A stretch of DNA of 64,000 nucleotides from positions 13,570 to 77,569 of the forward strand of contig DASXJE010000077.1 of the NCBI GenBank assembly GCA_036497565.1. Reading direction: 5' to 3'. Positions within the stretch are counted from its first letter, which is position 1; each line of letters opens with the position of its first letter. The notes below the pieces were generated by a model. That model was not told the DNA's origin, made no database searches, and was given only the letters and a program-made list of their open reading frames with translations. The translations under genes were made by a program, and so were the position numbers. The DNA is from Mycobacteriales bacterium. GTDB lineage: Bacteria > Actinomycetota > Actinomycetes > Mycobacteriales > QHCD01. Below are positions 48,072-57,942 of this stretch, in pieces.

Positions 48072-49469
48072 TCAGCGCTTCCCGCGGATCCGCTTCTCCC
48101 GCACCCGCACGTTGATCTGTACCGGCGTGCCGGTGAACGGGAACGTCTCGCGCAGCTTGCGCTCGAGGAAGCGCCGGTAGCTGGCCTCGAGGAACCCCGA
48201 GGTGAACAGCACGAACGTCGGCGGCCGGTTCTGGGCCTGCGTCGCGTAGAGGATCTTCGGCTGCTTCCCGCCGCGTACCGGCGGCGGGGTGGCGGCGATG
48301 ACGTCGGAGAGCCACTGGTTGAGCTGGCCCGTCGGGATACGGCGGTCCCAGTTCTCCAGCGCGGTCCGCATCGCCGGGGCGATCTTCTGCACCGATCGTC
48401 CGGTGCGGGCCGAGATGTTGACCTTCTCCACCCACGGGAACCGCACCAGCGCCCGCTCGAGCTCGCGCTTCATCGCGTAGCGGCGGTCCTCGTCGACGAG
48501 GTCCCACGTGTTCATGGCGAGCACCAGCGCGCGGCCGGCCTCGGCGACCTGGGTGGCCACCCGTAGGTCCTGCTCGGCGATCGGCTCGGAGGCGTCGAGC
48601 AGGAGGACCGTGACCTCGGCTGCCTCGACCGCGGCCTTCGTGCGCAGGCTGGCGTAGTACTCCATGCCACTGGCCTGGTTGACCTTCCGCCGCAGACCGG
48701 CGGTGTCGACCAGCTGCCAGGTCTCGCCGTCGATCTCGACGAGCGAGTCGACCGGGTCGGTCGTGGTGCCCGCGGTGGCGTCCACGACGGCGCGGGTCTC
48801 GCCGGTGAGCTGGTTGAGCAGCGACGACTTGCCGACGTTGGGCTTGCCCACGAGCGCCACGCGCCGCGGGCCGCCCTCCAGGTCGACGTCGTCGCGGGGG
48901 GACTGGGGCATCACGTCGAGCACGGCGTCGAGCAGGTCGCCGGACCCGCGGCCGTGCAGACCGGACACCGGGTACGGCTCCCCGAGCCCGAGCCGCCACA
49001 GCGCAGGGATCTCGCTCATCCCGCGCTCGTCGTCGACCTTCGTGGCACACAGCAGCACCGGGAGCTTGCTGCGCCGCAGCGTGCGGGCGACGGCCTCGTC
49101 GACGGTCGTGGCTCCCACCTGGCCGTCCACGACGAGCAGGATCGCGTCGGCGGTGCGCATCGCGGTCTCGGCCTGGGCCGAGATCGCACCCTGCATGCCC
49201 TTGGCGTCCGGGACCCAGCCGCCGGTGTCCAGGAGCGTGAACCGCCTGCCGTTCCACAGCGCGTCGTAGGCCACCCGGTCCCGGGTCACGCCCGGCACGT
49301 CCTGCACGACCGCCTCGCGGCGGCCCAGGACCCGGTTGACCAGCGTCGACTTGCCGACGTTCGGGCGCCCGACGACGGCGAGCACCGGCTGCGCCGGGCG
49401 GCCCTCCGCCGTGTCGTCATCAGGGAGTTCCAGCTCCGCGCCGAATCCGGCGGGGAGTTCCTGCGTCAC
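48072..49469 (-). CDS. der: ribosome-biogenesis GTPase Der (EngA)
   Basis: It has two GTPase domains ([12 protein letters not shown]...DTGG and [12 protein letters not shown]...DTAG) plus a KH-like C-terminus. I chose the GTG at 49469, which has GGAGGA upstream. The longer track ORF overlaps cmk. Confidence 0.95.
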   Translation of the reverse strand: MTQELPAGFGAELELPDDDTAEGRPAQPVLAVVGRPNVGKSTLVNRVLGRREAVVQDVPGVTRDRVAYDALWNGRRFTLLDTGGWVPDAKGMQGAISAQAETAMRTADAILLVVDGQVGATTVDEAVARTLRRSKLPVLLCATKVDDERGMSEIPALWRLGLGEPYPVSGLHGRGSGDLLDAVLDVMPQSPRDDVDLEGGPRRVALVGKPNVGKSSLLNQLTGETRAVVDATAGTTTDPVDSLVEIDGETWQLVDTAGLRRKVNQASGMEYYASLRTKAAVEAAEVTVLLLDASEPIAEQDLRVATQVAEAGRALVLAMNTWDLVDEDRRYAMKRELERALVRFPWVEKVNISARTGRSVQKIAPAMRTALENWDRRIPTGQLNQWLSDVIAATPPPVRGGKQPKILYATQAQNRPPTFVLFTSGFLEASYRRFLERKLRETFPFTGTPVQINVRVREKRIRGKR

Positions 49470-49470
49470 G

Positions 49471-50280
49471 TCATCCTCCGTTCGGCATCCCGGTCTGCAC
49501 CAGAGCCGGGATGAGCATGCCGCGGTCCGCGGCCAGGTCTTCGAGACGGTCGAGGACGCCCTCGACGTCCAGGACCGAGGTGTCCACCTCGACGGCGTCG
49601 TCGGCGGCCCGCAGCGGAGACGCGGCGCGCGACGAGTCGAGGTGGTCACGACGGGCGAGGTCGTCGCCCGTCGTGGTGGTGTCGGCGGCGCGGCCCGCCG
49701 CGGTGTCCTCCGCGCTGCGGCGGCCGGCGCGGGCGTGGTCCGACGCCACCAGGTAGATCTTCAGGGCGGCGTCGGGCTCGACGACGGTGCCGATGTCGCG
49801 GCCCTCGACGACGATGCCCGCGCCGTCCGCGACGGTCTCGGCCACGATGCGGCGCTGCTCGGCGACCAGGTGCTCACGGACCTTCGTGAACGCGGACACG
49901 GCCGAGACGTTGCGGGTGACCTCGGCACCGCGGATCTCGGCTCCGACGTCCTCACCGTCGAGCCGGACCCGCGGCTCGGCGGGGTCGGTGGACATCGCGA
50001 GATCGGCGGTGGTGGCGACGGCGACGGCGTCGTCGTGCCCCTCGGCCTCGGTCCTCGTGGCGTCGAGCGCGATCCCGGCCCGCATCACCGCGAGGGTGGC
50101 CGCCCGGTACATCGCTCCGGTGTCGAGGTAGCGGGCGCCCAGGCGCATCGCCAGCCCGCGCGCGGTGGTGGACTTGCCGGTGCCCGAGGGTCCGTCCACC
50201 GCCACGACTCCCTGGAGCACCCTGTCCGGCCGGTCCACGGCACGCCTCCCAGCGGTCTCGACACCCGTCCGGGAGTCCAT
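49471..50280 (-). CDS. cmk: cytidylate kinase
   Basis: [31 protein letters not shown] is the canonical Cmk N-terminus. The gene lies directly upstream of der. Confidence 0.93.
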   Translation of the reverse strand: MDSRTGVETAGRRAVDRPDRVLQGVVAVDGPSGTGKSTTARGLAMRLGARYLDTGAMYRAATLAVMRAGIALDATRTEAEGHDDAVAVATTADLAMSTDPAEPRVRLDGEDVGAEIRGAEVTRNVSAVSAFTKVREHLVAEQRRIVAETVADGAGIVVEGRDIGTVVEPDAALKIYLVASDHARAGRRSAEDTAAGRAADTTTTGDDLARRDHLDSSRAASPLRAADDAVEVDTSVLDVEGVLDRLEDLAADRGMLIPALVQTGMPNGG

Positions 50281-50292
50281 TGTGCCTTACGG

Positions 50293-51039
50293 CTAGAGCC
50301 CGACCGCCTTGTACAGGGCCCCGACCTCGTCACGGCCCAGCTTGCGCAGCGTGCCCACCCGCTGGTTGCCGAGATGGACGTCCCCGACGGCCGTGCGCAC
50401 CAGGCGCTCCACCGGCTTGTCGACCGCCTCGAAGATCCGGCGCACGATGCGGTTCCGGCCCTCGTGCAGCTCCACCTCGACCATGACCCGCGAGCCGGAC
50501 CGGTCGATCACGCGGAAGCTGTCGACCGCGGCAGGACCGTCGTCGAGCTCGACGCCTGCGCGCAGCTGCTTGCCGAGGTCCTTCGCGATCGGGGTGCGGA
50601 TCTCCGCGAGGTAGGTCTTCGGGATCTCGTACGACGGGTGCATGAGCCGGTTCGCGAGCTCACCGTCGTTGGTGAGCAGCAGCAGGCCCTCGGTGGCGGC
50701 GTCCAGGCGCCCGACATGGAAGAGGCCCTTCGTCCCCGACGCCTTCTCGAGCACCACGTCGCCGACGCACCGGCGGCCGTGCTCGTCCCACATCGTCGAG
50801 AGCATCCCCTCGGGCTTGTTCAGCGCGAGATGGACGGTCTCGGTGTCGGTCACGACGCGGTTGCCGTCCACGTGGATGACGCTGGCGTCCGGGTCGACGC
50901 GCCGACCCATCTCCTTGACGACCTCGCCGTCGACCTCCACCCGACCCTGGCGCATCAGGATCTCGGCCTGCCGCCGCGAGGCGATCCCGGCCTCGGCGAG
51001 CACCTTCTGCAGGCGGATTCCCTGTTCACCCTCGGTCAC
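50293..51039 (-). CDS. rluB: pseudouridine synthase, RluB/RsuA family
   Basis: I chose the GTG at 51039. It has an S4 domain (IRLQKVLAEAGIASRRQAE) and the catalytic motif HVGRLDAATEGLLLLTNDG. Confidence 0.88.
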   Translation of the reverse strand: MTEGEQGIRLQKVLAEAGIASRRQAEILMRQGRVEVDGEVVKEMGRRVDPDASVIHVDGNRVVTDTETVHLALNKPEGMLSTMWDEHGRRCVGDVVLEKASGTKGLFHVGRLDAATEGLLLLTNDGELANRLMHPSYEIPKTYLAEIRTPIAKDLGKQLRAGVELDDGPAAVDSFRVIDRSGSRVMVEVELHEGRNRIVRRIFEAVDKPVERLVRTAVGDVHLGNQRVGTLRKLGRDEVGALYKAVGL

Positions 51040-51061
51040 GGGAGTCCAGGGTAGCTGGCCC

Positions 51062-51637
51062 CTACAGCTCGTCGATGTCGTCCACCTCGGGAAGGAGCGG
51101 CGCGATCGGGGGCAGTTCCTCGAGCGAGCCCAGACCCAACCGCTCCAGGAACATCTCGGTGGTCCGGTAGAGCGTGCCGCCCGTCGCCGCGTCCATGCCC
51201 GCCTCGACGATGAGCCCTCGCGCGGTGAGGGTCCGCATGACACCGTCGACGTTGACCCCGCGGACCGCCGACACCCGCGAGCGCGTCACCGGCTGCCGGT
51301 ACGCGACGACGGCGAGGGTCTCCAGGGCCGCCCGTGTCAGCCGGGCCCGCTGCCCGTCCAGCACGAAGCGCTCCACGTACGGGGCGAACCGGGCGCGCGA
51401 GACGTACCGCCAGCCCTCGTCGGTGGCCCGCAGCTCGAAGCCCCGGTTCTCGTACGACGCGGCGAGCCGCCGCAGGGCCTCGGTCACCCGCGCCGCCGGT
51501 TCCTCGAGCACCTCGGCGAGCTGCCCGGCGGGCACCGGGGCGTCGACGACCATGAGGACCGACTCGATCGCGGCGTCGAGCTCGGCGTCGGACGAGAGTG
51601 ACGGGAGCTCGTCCTCGTCCCCACCCACCCCACTCAC
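51062..51637 (-). CDS. scpB: segregation and condensation protein B
   Basis: The GTG at 51637 overlaps the scpA stop (GTGA). ...LTRAALETLAVVAYRQPVTRSRVSAVRGVNVDGVMRTL is the ScpB winged-helix signature. Confidence 0.9.
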   Translation of the reverse strand: MSGVGGDEDELPSLSSDAELDAAIESVLMVVDAPVPAGQLAEVLEEPAARVTEALRRLAASYENRGFELRATDEGWRYVSRARFAPYVERFVLDGQRARLTRAALETLAVVAYRQPVTRSRVSAVRGVNVDGVMRTLTARGLIVEAGMDAATGGTLYRTTEMFLERLGLGSLEELPPIAPLLPEVDDIDEL

Positions 51638-52455
51638 GGCGCCTCCGGGTCGAGCGCCGCCGTCCCGCGGTCGTCGGACCCGGGCGCCCACCGGACGGCG
51701 AGCTCGGCGAACGCCTCCTCCTGGTCGAGCGCGACCTGGCGGGACCGGTACATCTCCAGCACCCCGAGGAAGCGTCCGACGACCTCGATCCCGTGCGTCG
51801 CGTCCTCGCACAGCTGCGCGAACGTCAGCCGCCCGGCGTCCTGCAGTCGCCCGGACATGATCTCGACCTGCTCGGGGACCGAGACCGTCGACGCGTGCAG
51901 GTGGTCCAGCCCGACCATCGGCGGGGGCGAGGGACGGAACACCGCCGCGGCGATCTCGGCGAACCCGGCCGCGTCGACGCCCAGCTCCACCGGCGGCAGC
52001 AGCGAGGCGAGTTCCTCCGAGAGCGAGACCGCCCGCGGGTAGCGCCGCCGCGCCGTCCCCTCCAGCTCCCGGAACAGCGCGGCGACCTGCTGGTAGGCGC
52101 GGTACTGCAAGAGGCGGGCGAACAGCACGTCGCGGGCCTCGAGCAGCGCGAGGTCGTCCTCGTCCTCGACCTCCGCGGCCGGGAGCAGGCGCGCCGCCTT
52201 CAGATCCAGCAACGTGGCGGCGACGACGAGGAAACCGGTCGTCTCCTCGAGGTCGGCCCCGTCGCCGAGGGCCGCGGTGTAGGCGATGAAGTCGTCGGTC
52301 ACCCGGTGCAGCGCGACCTCGGTGACGTCGAGCTCGTGGCGCCCGATGAGCTTCAGGAGCAGGTCGAACGGGCCGGTGAAGTTCTCCAGGGAGACCTGGA
52401 AGCCGGTCCGCTCGTCGTCACGGTCCGGCGCGACCCGATCGGAGACCGCCGTCAC
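51634..52455 (-). CDS. scpA: segregation and condensation protein A
   Basis: The GTG at 52455 overlaps the parA-like stop (GTGA). FQVSLENFTGPFDLLLKLI is the ScpA N-terminal signature. Confidence 0.9.
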   Translation of the reverse strand: MTAVSDRVAPDRDDERTGFQVSLENFTGPFDLLLKLIGRHELDVTEVALHRVTDDFIAYTAALGDGADLEETTGFLVVAATLLDLKAARLLPAAEVEDEDDLALLEARDVLFARLLQYRAYQQVAALFRELEGTARRRYPRAVSLSEELASLLPPVELGVDAAGFAEIAAAVFRPSPPPMVGLDHLHASTVSVPEQVEIMSGRLQDAGRLTFAQLCEDATHGIEVVGRFLGVLEMYRSRQVALDQEEAFAELAVRWAPGSDDRGTAALDPEAP

Positions 52456-53390
52456 CGGGCGATGACCTCTCGTGCCAGCGCCCGGTAGGCCTGGGCGCCC
52501 TGCGAGCGGGTCGCCCACCGGGTGATCGGCTCGCCGGCCACCGTCGTCTCCGGGAAGCGGACGGTCCGGTTGATGACCGTGTCGAACACCAGCTCACCGA
52601 ACGCCTCCACCACGCGGGCCATCACCTCGCGGGTGTGCAGGGTGCGCGGGTCGTACATGGTGGCCAGGATGCCGGTGATCGCCAGCTCGGGGTTCAGCCG
52701 GTCCTGCACCTTCTCGATCGTGTCCATGAGCAGGGCCACCCCGCGCAGCGAGAAGAACTCGCACTCCAGGGGGATGAGCACCCCGTCGGCGCAGGCCAGC
52801 GCGTTGACGGTGAGCAGGCCGAGCGACGGCTGGCAGTCGACGAGGATGTAGTCGTACCGGTCGAGTGCGGGGGCGATGGTGCGCCCGAGGGTCTGCTCGC
52901 GCCCGACCTCGGTGACCAGCTGCACCTCGGCGGCGGACAGGTCGATGTTCGAGGGCAGCAGGTCGACGTCCTCGACGCCGGTCGGCCGGATCACGTCGTC
53001 GATCGTCACCGACCGTTCCATGATCAGGTTGTAGATGGTGGTGTCCAGCTCGTGGGGCTGCACACCGAGGCCGACGGACAGCGCGCCCTGCGGGTCGAAG
53101 TCGACGAGCAGCACCCGGCGGCCGTACTCCGCGAGCGCGGCCCCCAGGTTGATGGTCGAGGTGGTCTTGCCGACCCCGCCCTTCTGGTTGCACATCGCGA
53201 GGACGGTCGCCGGGCCGTGCGACGACAGCGGTGCGGGTTCCGGGATCTCGCGGCGGGGTCGAACCGTCGGGTCGAGCGGATCGCCCGGCGACCCGCCCGT
53301 GGCGCCTGCCCCGGCGCTTCCCTCCGGACGCCCCGGGTCCGGCGGCGGGCCCATGCGCAGGGACTCGGCGTCGAACAGCGGTGCCGACAT
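52452..53390 (-). CDS. ParA/Soj-family ATPase
   Basis: I chose the ATG at 53390, which has GGAGGAGG upstream. The deviant Walker A is NQKGGVGKTTSTINLG, with an actinobacterial-type Pro-rich N-terminal extension. Confidence 0.9.
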   Translation of the reverse strand: MSAPLFDAESLRMGPPPDPGRPEGSAGAGATGGSPGDPLDPTVRPRREIPEPAPLSSHGPATVLAMCNQKGGVGKTTSTINLGAALAEYGRRVLLVDFDPQGALSVGLGVQPHELDTTIYNLIMERSVTIDDVIRPTGVEDVDLLPSNIDLSAAEVQLVTEVGREQTLGRTIAPALDRYDYILVDCQPSLGLLTVNALACADGVLIPLECEFFSLRGVALLMDTIEKVQDRLNPELAITGILATMYDPRTLHTREVMARVVEAFGELVFDTVINRTVRFPETTVAGEPITRWATRSQGAQAYRALAREVIAR

Positions 53391-53557
53391 GCCGCCGAAC
53401 CTCCTCCTGCCCCGTCCCGTCGGGTCCTCCGACCGGACCACCACTGTGGGTGGACACGCCGCGACCCCGGTCACCGCTCAGGCTAGGCAGACGGTCCGAC
53501 CGGAGCCATCGCGACTCGCCGGGTGTGGCGCGTTCGCCGTTCGGGCACGTTCGTCGG

Positions 53558-54331
53558 ATGACTCGCGTCACAGGATCCATCACCGAGAGCACACCGCGCT
53601 CGGTGCTGGGCCGCGCCCTGGGTGTCCTGAGCGCGTTCAGCGACTCCTCGCCCGAGCTCGCCCTCGCCGACATCGTCGCCGCGACGGGGCTCCCACCGGC
53701 CACCGCGCACCGTTTCGTCGCCGAGCTCGTGGAGTGGGGCGCCCTCGAGCGGGTGGGGCGGGGCCGCTACCGGATCGGGATGCGGCTCTGGCGCGTCGGC
53801 GCCCTCGCCCCGTACGCCCGCAACCTGCGCGAGGCCGCCCTGCCTCCGATGCAGGACCTGGCGGCGGCCACCGGTCACGTGGTGCACCTGGTCGTCCTCG
53901 ACGGGACCCGTGCGCTGTTCGTCGAGCGCCTCGCCGGGCAGCACGACACCACGGTGCGGTCCCGGGTGGGACGCGACATGCCACTGCACGCGAGTGGGCC
54001 GGGCAAGGTGCTGCTCGCGCACTCGCCGTCGTCGCTGGTCCACGAGGTCGTCGCGCGGGGCCTGCCACGGCTGGCCCCCGGCACGATCACCGAGCCCGCC
54101 CTCCTGCGCGAGGCCCTCGCCGACATCCGTCGCACCGGGTACTGCTTCTCCCGCGAGGAGATGACCGAGGGCGCCGCGTCGGTGGCCGCCCCGATCAGCG
54201 ACGCCGAGGGGCACGTGGTGGCCTCGCTCGCCGTCGTCGTCCCCGTCTCGGCGGCCCTGCCGCCGTTCCTCCCGGCGGTGCAGATGGCCGCGGTCGCGGC
54301 CTCGCGACGGATGAGCAGGCGGGCGGATTGA
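53558..54331 (+). CDS. IclR-family transcriptional regulator
   Basis: I chose the ATG at 53558. It has an HTH (LALADIVAATGLPPATAHRFVAELVEWGALER) and an IclR effector domain (GPGKVLLA...GYCFSREE). Confidence 0.9.
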   Translation: MTRVTGSITESTPRSVLGRALGVLSAFSDSSPELALADIVAATGLPPATAHRFVAELVEWGALERVGRGRYRIGMRLWRVGALAPYARNLREAALPPMQDLAAATGHVVHLVVLDGTRALFVERLAGQHDTTVRSRVGRDMPLHASGPGKVLLAHSPSSLVHEVVARGLPRLAPGTITEPALLREALADIRRTGYCFSREEMTEGAASVAAPISDAEGHVVASLAVVVPVSAALPPFLPAVQMAAVAASRRMSRRAD

Positions 54332-54439
54332 CCTGATGTTCCGGTGAGTGAGAGAAGCTGCTGACCTGCGCGGTCCGCCGCTCCCATACTCCGAGCACGG
54401 GTCGTGACTGCGCTGTCACACCCTGCTGGGAGGTGGCTC

Positions 54440-55711
54440 ATGTCCGGACCGTCGACAGCGGAGGCCGCCCCGGCCGCCTCCGGGTGGGTGCGGGGACTGT
54501 GCTGGTCCGCGGTGGCCCTGGAGGGCTACGACCTCGTCGTGCTCGGCGTGGTGATCCCCGTCCTGCTGCGGGACCCGACCTGGGCGCTCACCCCGGCGAG
54601 CGCCTCGCTCGTGGCCACGGTGGGTCTGGTCGGCGTCATGATCGGGGCGCTCGCGGTGGGCCCGGTCTCCGACCTCGTCGGGCGGCGCCGCACGCTCGTC
54701 GCGACGGTCGTGGTGTTCTCCGTGCTCAGCCTCGCCTGCGCCGCCGCGCCCGGGGTGACCGCGCTGGTGGTGCTGCGGTTCCTCGCGGGCCTCGGACTCG
54801 GCGGGGTGCTGCCGGTGGCCCTCGCGATGGTCGCCGAGCACGCGCCGACGCGCCGGGGCAACGCTGCGACGACGATCATGATGACCGGCTACCACGTCGG
54901 TGCCGTCGCGGCCTCGCTGCTCGGGATCTGGCTGATCAGCCGGCTCGGGTGGCCGGTGATGTTCGCGCTCGGCGCGGTGCCCTCCCTGGTCCTGGTGCCA
55001 CTCATGCTCACCCGCCTGCCGCGCGACTCCGCGCCCGCACGGACCGAGGGGACGGCCAAGCGGGTCCAGAACCCGATCCGTGAGCTATTCCGCGACGGCT
55101 ACGCGCGCCCGACGATCGCGTTCTGGGTGGCGTCGTTCATGGGCCTGCTCCTGGTCTACGGCCTGAACACGTGGTTGCCGGAGATCATGCGCAGCGCCGG
55201 CTACCCCCTCGGCGCCGCGCTCGCCCTCCTGCTGACGCTGAACGTCGGCGCGGTGATCGGACTCCTGATCGGCGGGAACGTCGCGGACCGCATCGGTGTC
55301 CGGCCCGCGACCATCACCTGGTTCGCGCTCGGGGCGGTCTTCCTCGCGCTGCTCTCGGTCCGCCTGCCGGGCTTCGGGGTGTACGCGATCGTGCTGCTCG
55401 CGGGCGTCTTCGTGTTCTCCGCGCAGGTTCTCGTCTACGCCTGGGTCGGGCGGCTCTACCCCGCCGCCGTCCGGGGATCGGCTCTCGGCGCGGCGAGCGG
55501 GGTCGGTCGCCTCGGTGCCATCACCGGTCCGGCGCTCGGTGGGGCGCTGCTCGCCGCGGGCCTCGCGTACCCGTGGGGCTTCTACGCGTTCGCGCTGGTC
55601 GCGGCGCTGGGGGCGCTCGCCGTCCTCGCGGTGGGCCGGCCCCGTGGTGCGGTCGAGGCCCGGACCGAGCCGGAGCCCGACCACGCCGCGACCGACCGCA
55701 CCGCGACCTGA
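54440..55711 (+). CDS. MFS transporter, aromatic-acid/H+ symporter-like
   Basis: I chose the ATG at 54440, which has GGGAGG upstream. It has 12 TM segments, and the LEGYDL and D..GRR motifs are typical of the AAHS subfamily (PcaK/BenK-like). Confidence 0.88.
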   Translation: MSGPSTAEAAPAASGWVRGLCWSAVALEGYDLVVLGVVIPVLLRDPTWALTPASASLVATVGLVGVMIGALAVGPVSDLVGRRRTLVATVVVFSVLSLACAAAPGVTALVVLRFLAGLGLGGVLPVALAMVAEHAPTRRGNAATTIMMTGYHVGAVAASLLGIWLISRLGWPVMFALGAVPSLVLVPLMLTRLPRDSAPARTEGTAKRVQNPIRELFRDGYARPTIAFWVASFMGLLLVYGLNTWLPEIMRSAGYPLGAALALLLTLNVGAVIGLLIGGNVADRIGVRPATITWFALGAVFLALLSVRLPGFGVYAIVLLAGVFVFSAQVLVYAWVGRLYPAAVRGSALGAASGVGRLGAITGPALGGALLAAGLAYPWGFYAFALVAALGALAVLAVGRPRGAVEARTEPEPDHAATDRTAT

Positions 55712-55764
55712 CCGCACTGCGACCTGACCGCACTGCGACCCGACCACACCGCGACCCGACCGCC
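55694..55764. repeat. 16-bp tandem repeat, 4.4 copies (gaccgcaccgcgacct consensus)
   Basis: The units are at 55694-55709, 55710-55725, 55726-55741 and 55742-55757, plus a partial unit at 55758-55764, with 1-3 mismatches between units. The repeat spans the MFS gene stop codon (55709-55711). Confidence 0.9.
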
Positions 55765-55787
55765 GAGAACACCCGAGAGGAGCGCCG

Positions 55788-57704
55788 GTGGAGGACGCCC
55801 GGTTCCCGCCCGACCCGCAGCACGCCGTCCTCCGCCCGGGCCCCTCGCCCGCCGGGCCGTTCTCCGTGACCGCCTGGGCGGCCGCGATCACGAGCGACAC
55901 CCTCGGGCGTGCGAGCAATGGCCCCCTGTCGGCGTGCTCTCCCTTCTCTGGCGAGCGGGGGGCGCCATCCACTCAACCCGGCGCGAGCTCGGCGGCGGCG
56001 GACCCGGACCCGGCGCCCACCCCGACGACGGGCGCCGCGCCTGCCGGCGGGTCGCGGACCGTCCGGGACGCCGCGTTCGACGTCCTGCGACGACGCGGCC
56101 TGGACCGCCTGTTCGCCAACCCCGGCTCGACCGAGATCAGCCTGTTGACCGATCTGCCCGACGACCTCGACTTCGTGCTCGCCCTGCACGAGGGCTCCGT
56201 CGTCGGCCTCGCCACCGGGTACGCGACGGCGACCGACCGGCCCGCGCTGGTCGTCCTGCACACGACGGCGGGTCTGGGGAACGCGGTCGGCGCGCTCGCG
56301 ACCGCGCGGGTGAACCGGACGCCGCTGGTCGTCGTCGTGGGCCAGCAGGACCGCCGCCACCTGGCCTCGCGCCCGTTCCTCGCCGGCGACCTCGACGGGC
56401 TGGGCGGCACCTACCCGGTGTGGACGAGCTCCCCGGTGCGACCCCAGGACGTCCCGGGTGCCCTGGACCGGGCCTTCCACGAGGCACAGACCGCCCGCGG
56501 CCCGGCGGTCGTCGTCGTCCCCAGCGACGACTGGGCCGAGCCCGCCGATCCCCGCGCCATGCCGAGCCCGGTCGAGGTGCGACGCGGGCGTGCCCCCGAC
56601 CCGGACGCCGTCGCCGAACTGGCCGCCGTCGTCGGAAGCGCGCGCTGCCCGGCGATCGTCGTGGGCGCCGACGCCGACGGCACGGCCGCCTGGGATGCGC
56701 TCGTCGGCCTCGCCGAGCACCTGCTCGCGCCCGTGTGGCAGGAGGCGTTCGCCGCGCGGGCCGGGTTCCCCCAGGACCACCCGCTCTTCGCCGGGCACCT
56801 GCCGCCGGAGCGGGCCACCCTCCGCGCGGCGCTCGGTGCGTACGACCTGCTGCTCGTGGTCGGCGCGCCGGTCTTCCGCCAGTACCAGTACTCCCCCGGC
56901 GAGCTCGTGGAGCCGGGCACGACGATCGTGCTCGTCGGCGACGACCCCGAGGACGTCCACCACAGCCGTGCCGATCTGGCCCTGCTCGCCGATCCGGCGC
57001 TCACCGTGACCGCCCTGACCGCCGCCCTCCCTACGGTGAGCCACGCCGGCCCCACCCCGCACGAGGGGAACCCTCGGGCCGCAAGAGCGGCCGGATCCTC
57101 CCCTCGCGACCCCGTCGTCCGGGACAACGGCGCCGACGACCCCGCCGGCCCCCTCGCCGCGCCCGCGGTGTTCGTCGAGCTCGCGGCACGGCTGCCCGCG
57201 GAGGCCGTCGTCGTCGAGGAGACGCCGTCCTCGCGCCCCGATCTGCACCGGCTCGTCCCCGCCCGGGCCCCGTTGGGCTTCCTGTCCGCCGCGCAGGGTG
57301 GGCTCGGGTTCGGGGTGCCCGCCGCGATCGGTGTGCGGATGGGCGCGCCGACGCGGCCGGTGGTGGCCGTGGTGGGTGACGGCTCGACGCTCTACGGGAT
57401 GCAGGCGCTCTGGTCGGCCGCGCACTACGGCGTCGGCGTGCTCGTGCTCGTCATGGACAACGGCCGCTACGCGATCATGGACCGGCTGGCCTCCGAGGCG
57501 GGCGGGAAGGCCCCGTGGCCGGGCTTCGCCGAGGTCGACGTGGCCGGCCTCGCGACCTCGCTCGGCTGCCCGGCGCGTCGGGTCACCACGCACGGGGAGC
57601 TCACGGAGCTGCTCGACGACGTCGTGCCCGGGCTCGCGCAGCGCGAGACCCCGCTGGTCGTCGTCTGCACCCTCCGGCCTCGCGAGCACGGTTCCGCGCT
57701 CTAG
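55788..57704 (+). CDS. thiamine-diphosphate enzyme, benzoylformate-decarboxylase-like (start uncertain)
   Basis: Homology begins at ...VRDAAFDVLRRRGLDRLFANPGSTEISLL...LHEGSVVGLATGYA (about residue 88) and continues to the ThDP motif GDGSTLYGMQALWSAAHY...VMDNG. GTG 55788, with GAGAGGAG upstream, is the only conventional in-frame start upstream of that point. Confidence 0.85.
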   Translation: MEDARFPPDPQHAVLRPGPSPAGPFSVTAWAAAITSDTLGRASNGPLSACSPFSGERGAPSTQPGASSAAADPDPAPTPTTGAAPAGGSRTVRDAAFDVLRRRGLDRLFANPGSTEISLLTDLPDDLDFVLALHEGSVVGLATGYATATDRPALVVLHTTAGLGNAVGALATARVNRTPLVVVVGQQDRRHLASRPFLAGDLDGLGGTYPVWTSSPVRPQDVPGALDRAFHEAQTARGPAVVVVPSDDWAEPADPRAMPSPVEVRRGRAPDPDAVAELAAVVGSARCPAIVVGADADGTAAWDALVGLAEHLLAPVWQEAFAARAGFPQDHPLFAGHLPPERATLRAALGAYDLLLVVGAPVFRQYQYSPGELVEPGTTIVLVGDDPEDVHHSRADLALLADPALTVTALTAALPTVSHAGPTPHEGNPRAARAAGSSPRDPVVRDNGADDPAGPLAAPAVFVELAARLPAEAVVVEETPSSRPDLHRLVPARAPLGFLSAAQGGLGFGVPAAIGVRMGAPTRPVVAVVGDGSTLYGMQALWSAAHYGVGVLVLVMDNGRYAIMDRLASEAGGKAPWPGFAEVDVAGLATSLGCPARRVTTHGELTELLDDVVPGLAQRETPLVVVCTLRPREHGSAL

Positions 57705-57723
57705 CGACCGCCGACGTCCGGTA

Positions 57724-57745
57724 CCGCGGGACCGACGCGTCCCGC
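57724..57745 (+). terminator. GC-rich hairpin 20 nt after the decarboxylase stop (weak terminator candidate)
   Basis: cgcgggac (57724-57731) / gtcccgcg (57738-57745) form a perfect 8-bp stem with a 6-nt loop. There is no U-tract. Confidence 0.3.
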
Positions 57746-57931
57746 GCCCGAGGCCCCGACAGATGGTGTGTGCGCCGCGCGTCGACCCCCGGAGGCACTC
57801 GGCCGGCCGGCGCACCTCACATCCGTGTGACGGCCGTGCGTCGCGGATCGCGCCCGGCGTCACCGTCTCGTGAACACGGTGCAACACCCCTTCACCCTGC
57901 GGCGTGAACGTGGCTCACTCGACGTCGAGAT

Positions 57932-57942
57932 TGGTCGAACCA
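57932..57942. promoter_or_regulatory. candidate GntR/FadR-type operator TGGTcgaACCA
   Basis: A perfect TGGT-N3-ACCA palindrome lies 87 nt upstream of the permease ATG, with a further TTGACCA half-site 3 nt downstream. The operon it precedes encodes a FadR-subfamily GntR regulator (62744-63457). Confidence 0.3.

Noticed and set aside
55694-55764. Possible CRISPR array
   Set aside because: The repeats are only 16 bp and directly abut without spacers, and no cas genes are present. This is a plain tandem repeat. No other CRISPR-like periodicity was seen in the window.
55521-57887. 788-aa ORF on the minus strand
   Set aside because: It is antisense to the ThDP decarboxylase gene and has an Arg/Gly/Pro-dominated composition with no motifs. 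This is a typical long open antisense frame of high-GC DNA.
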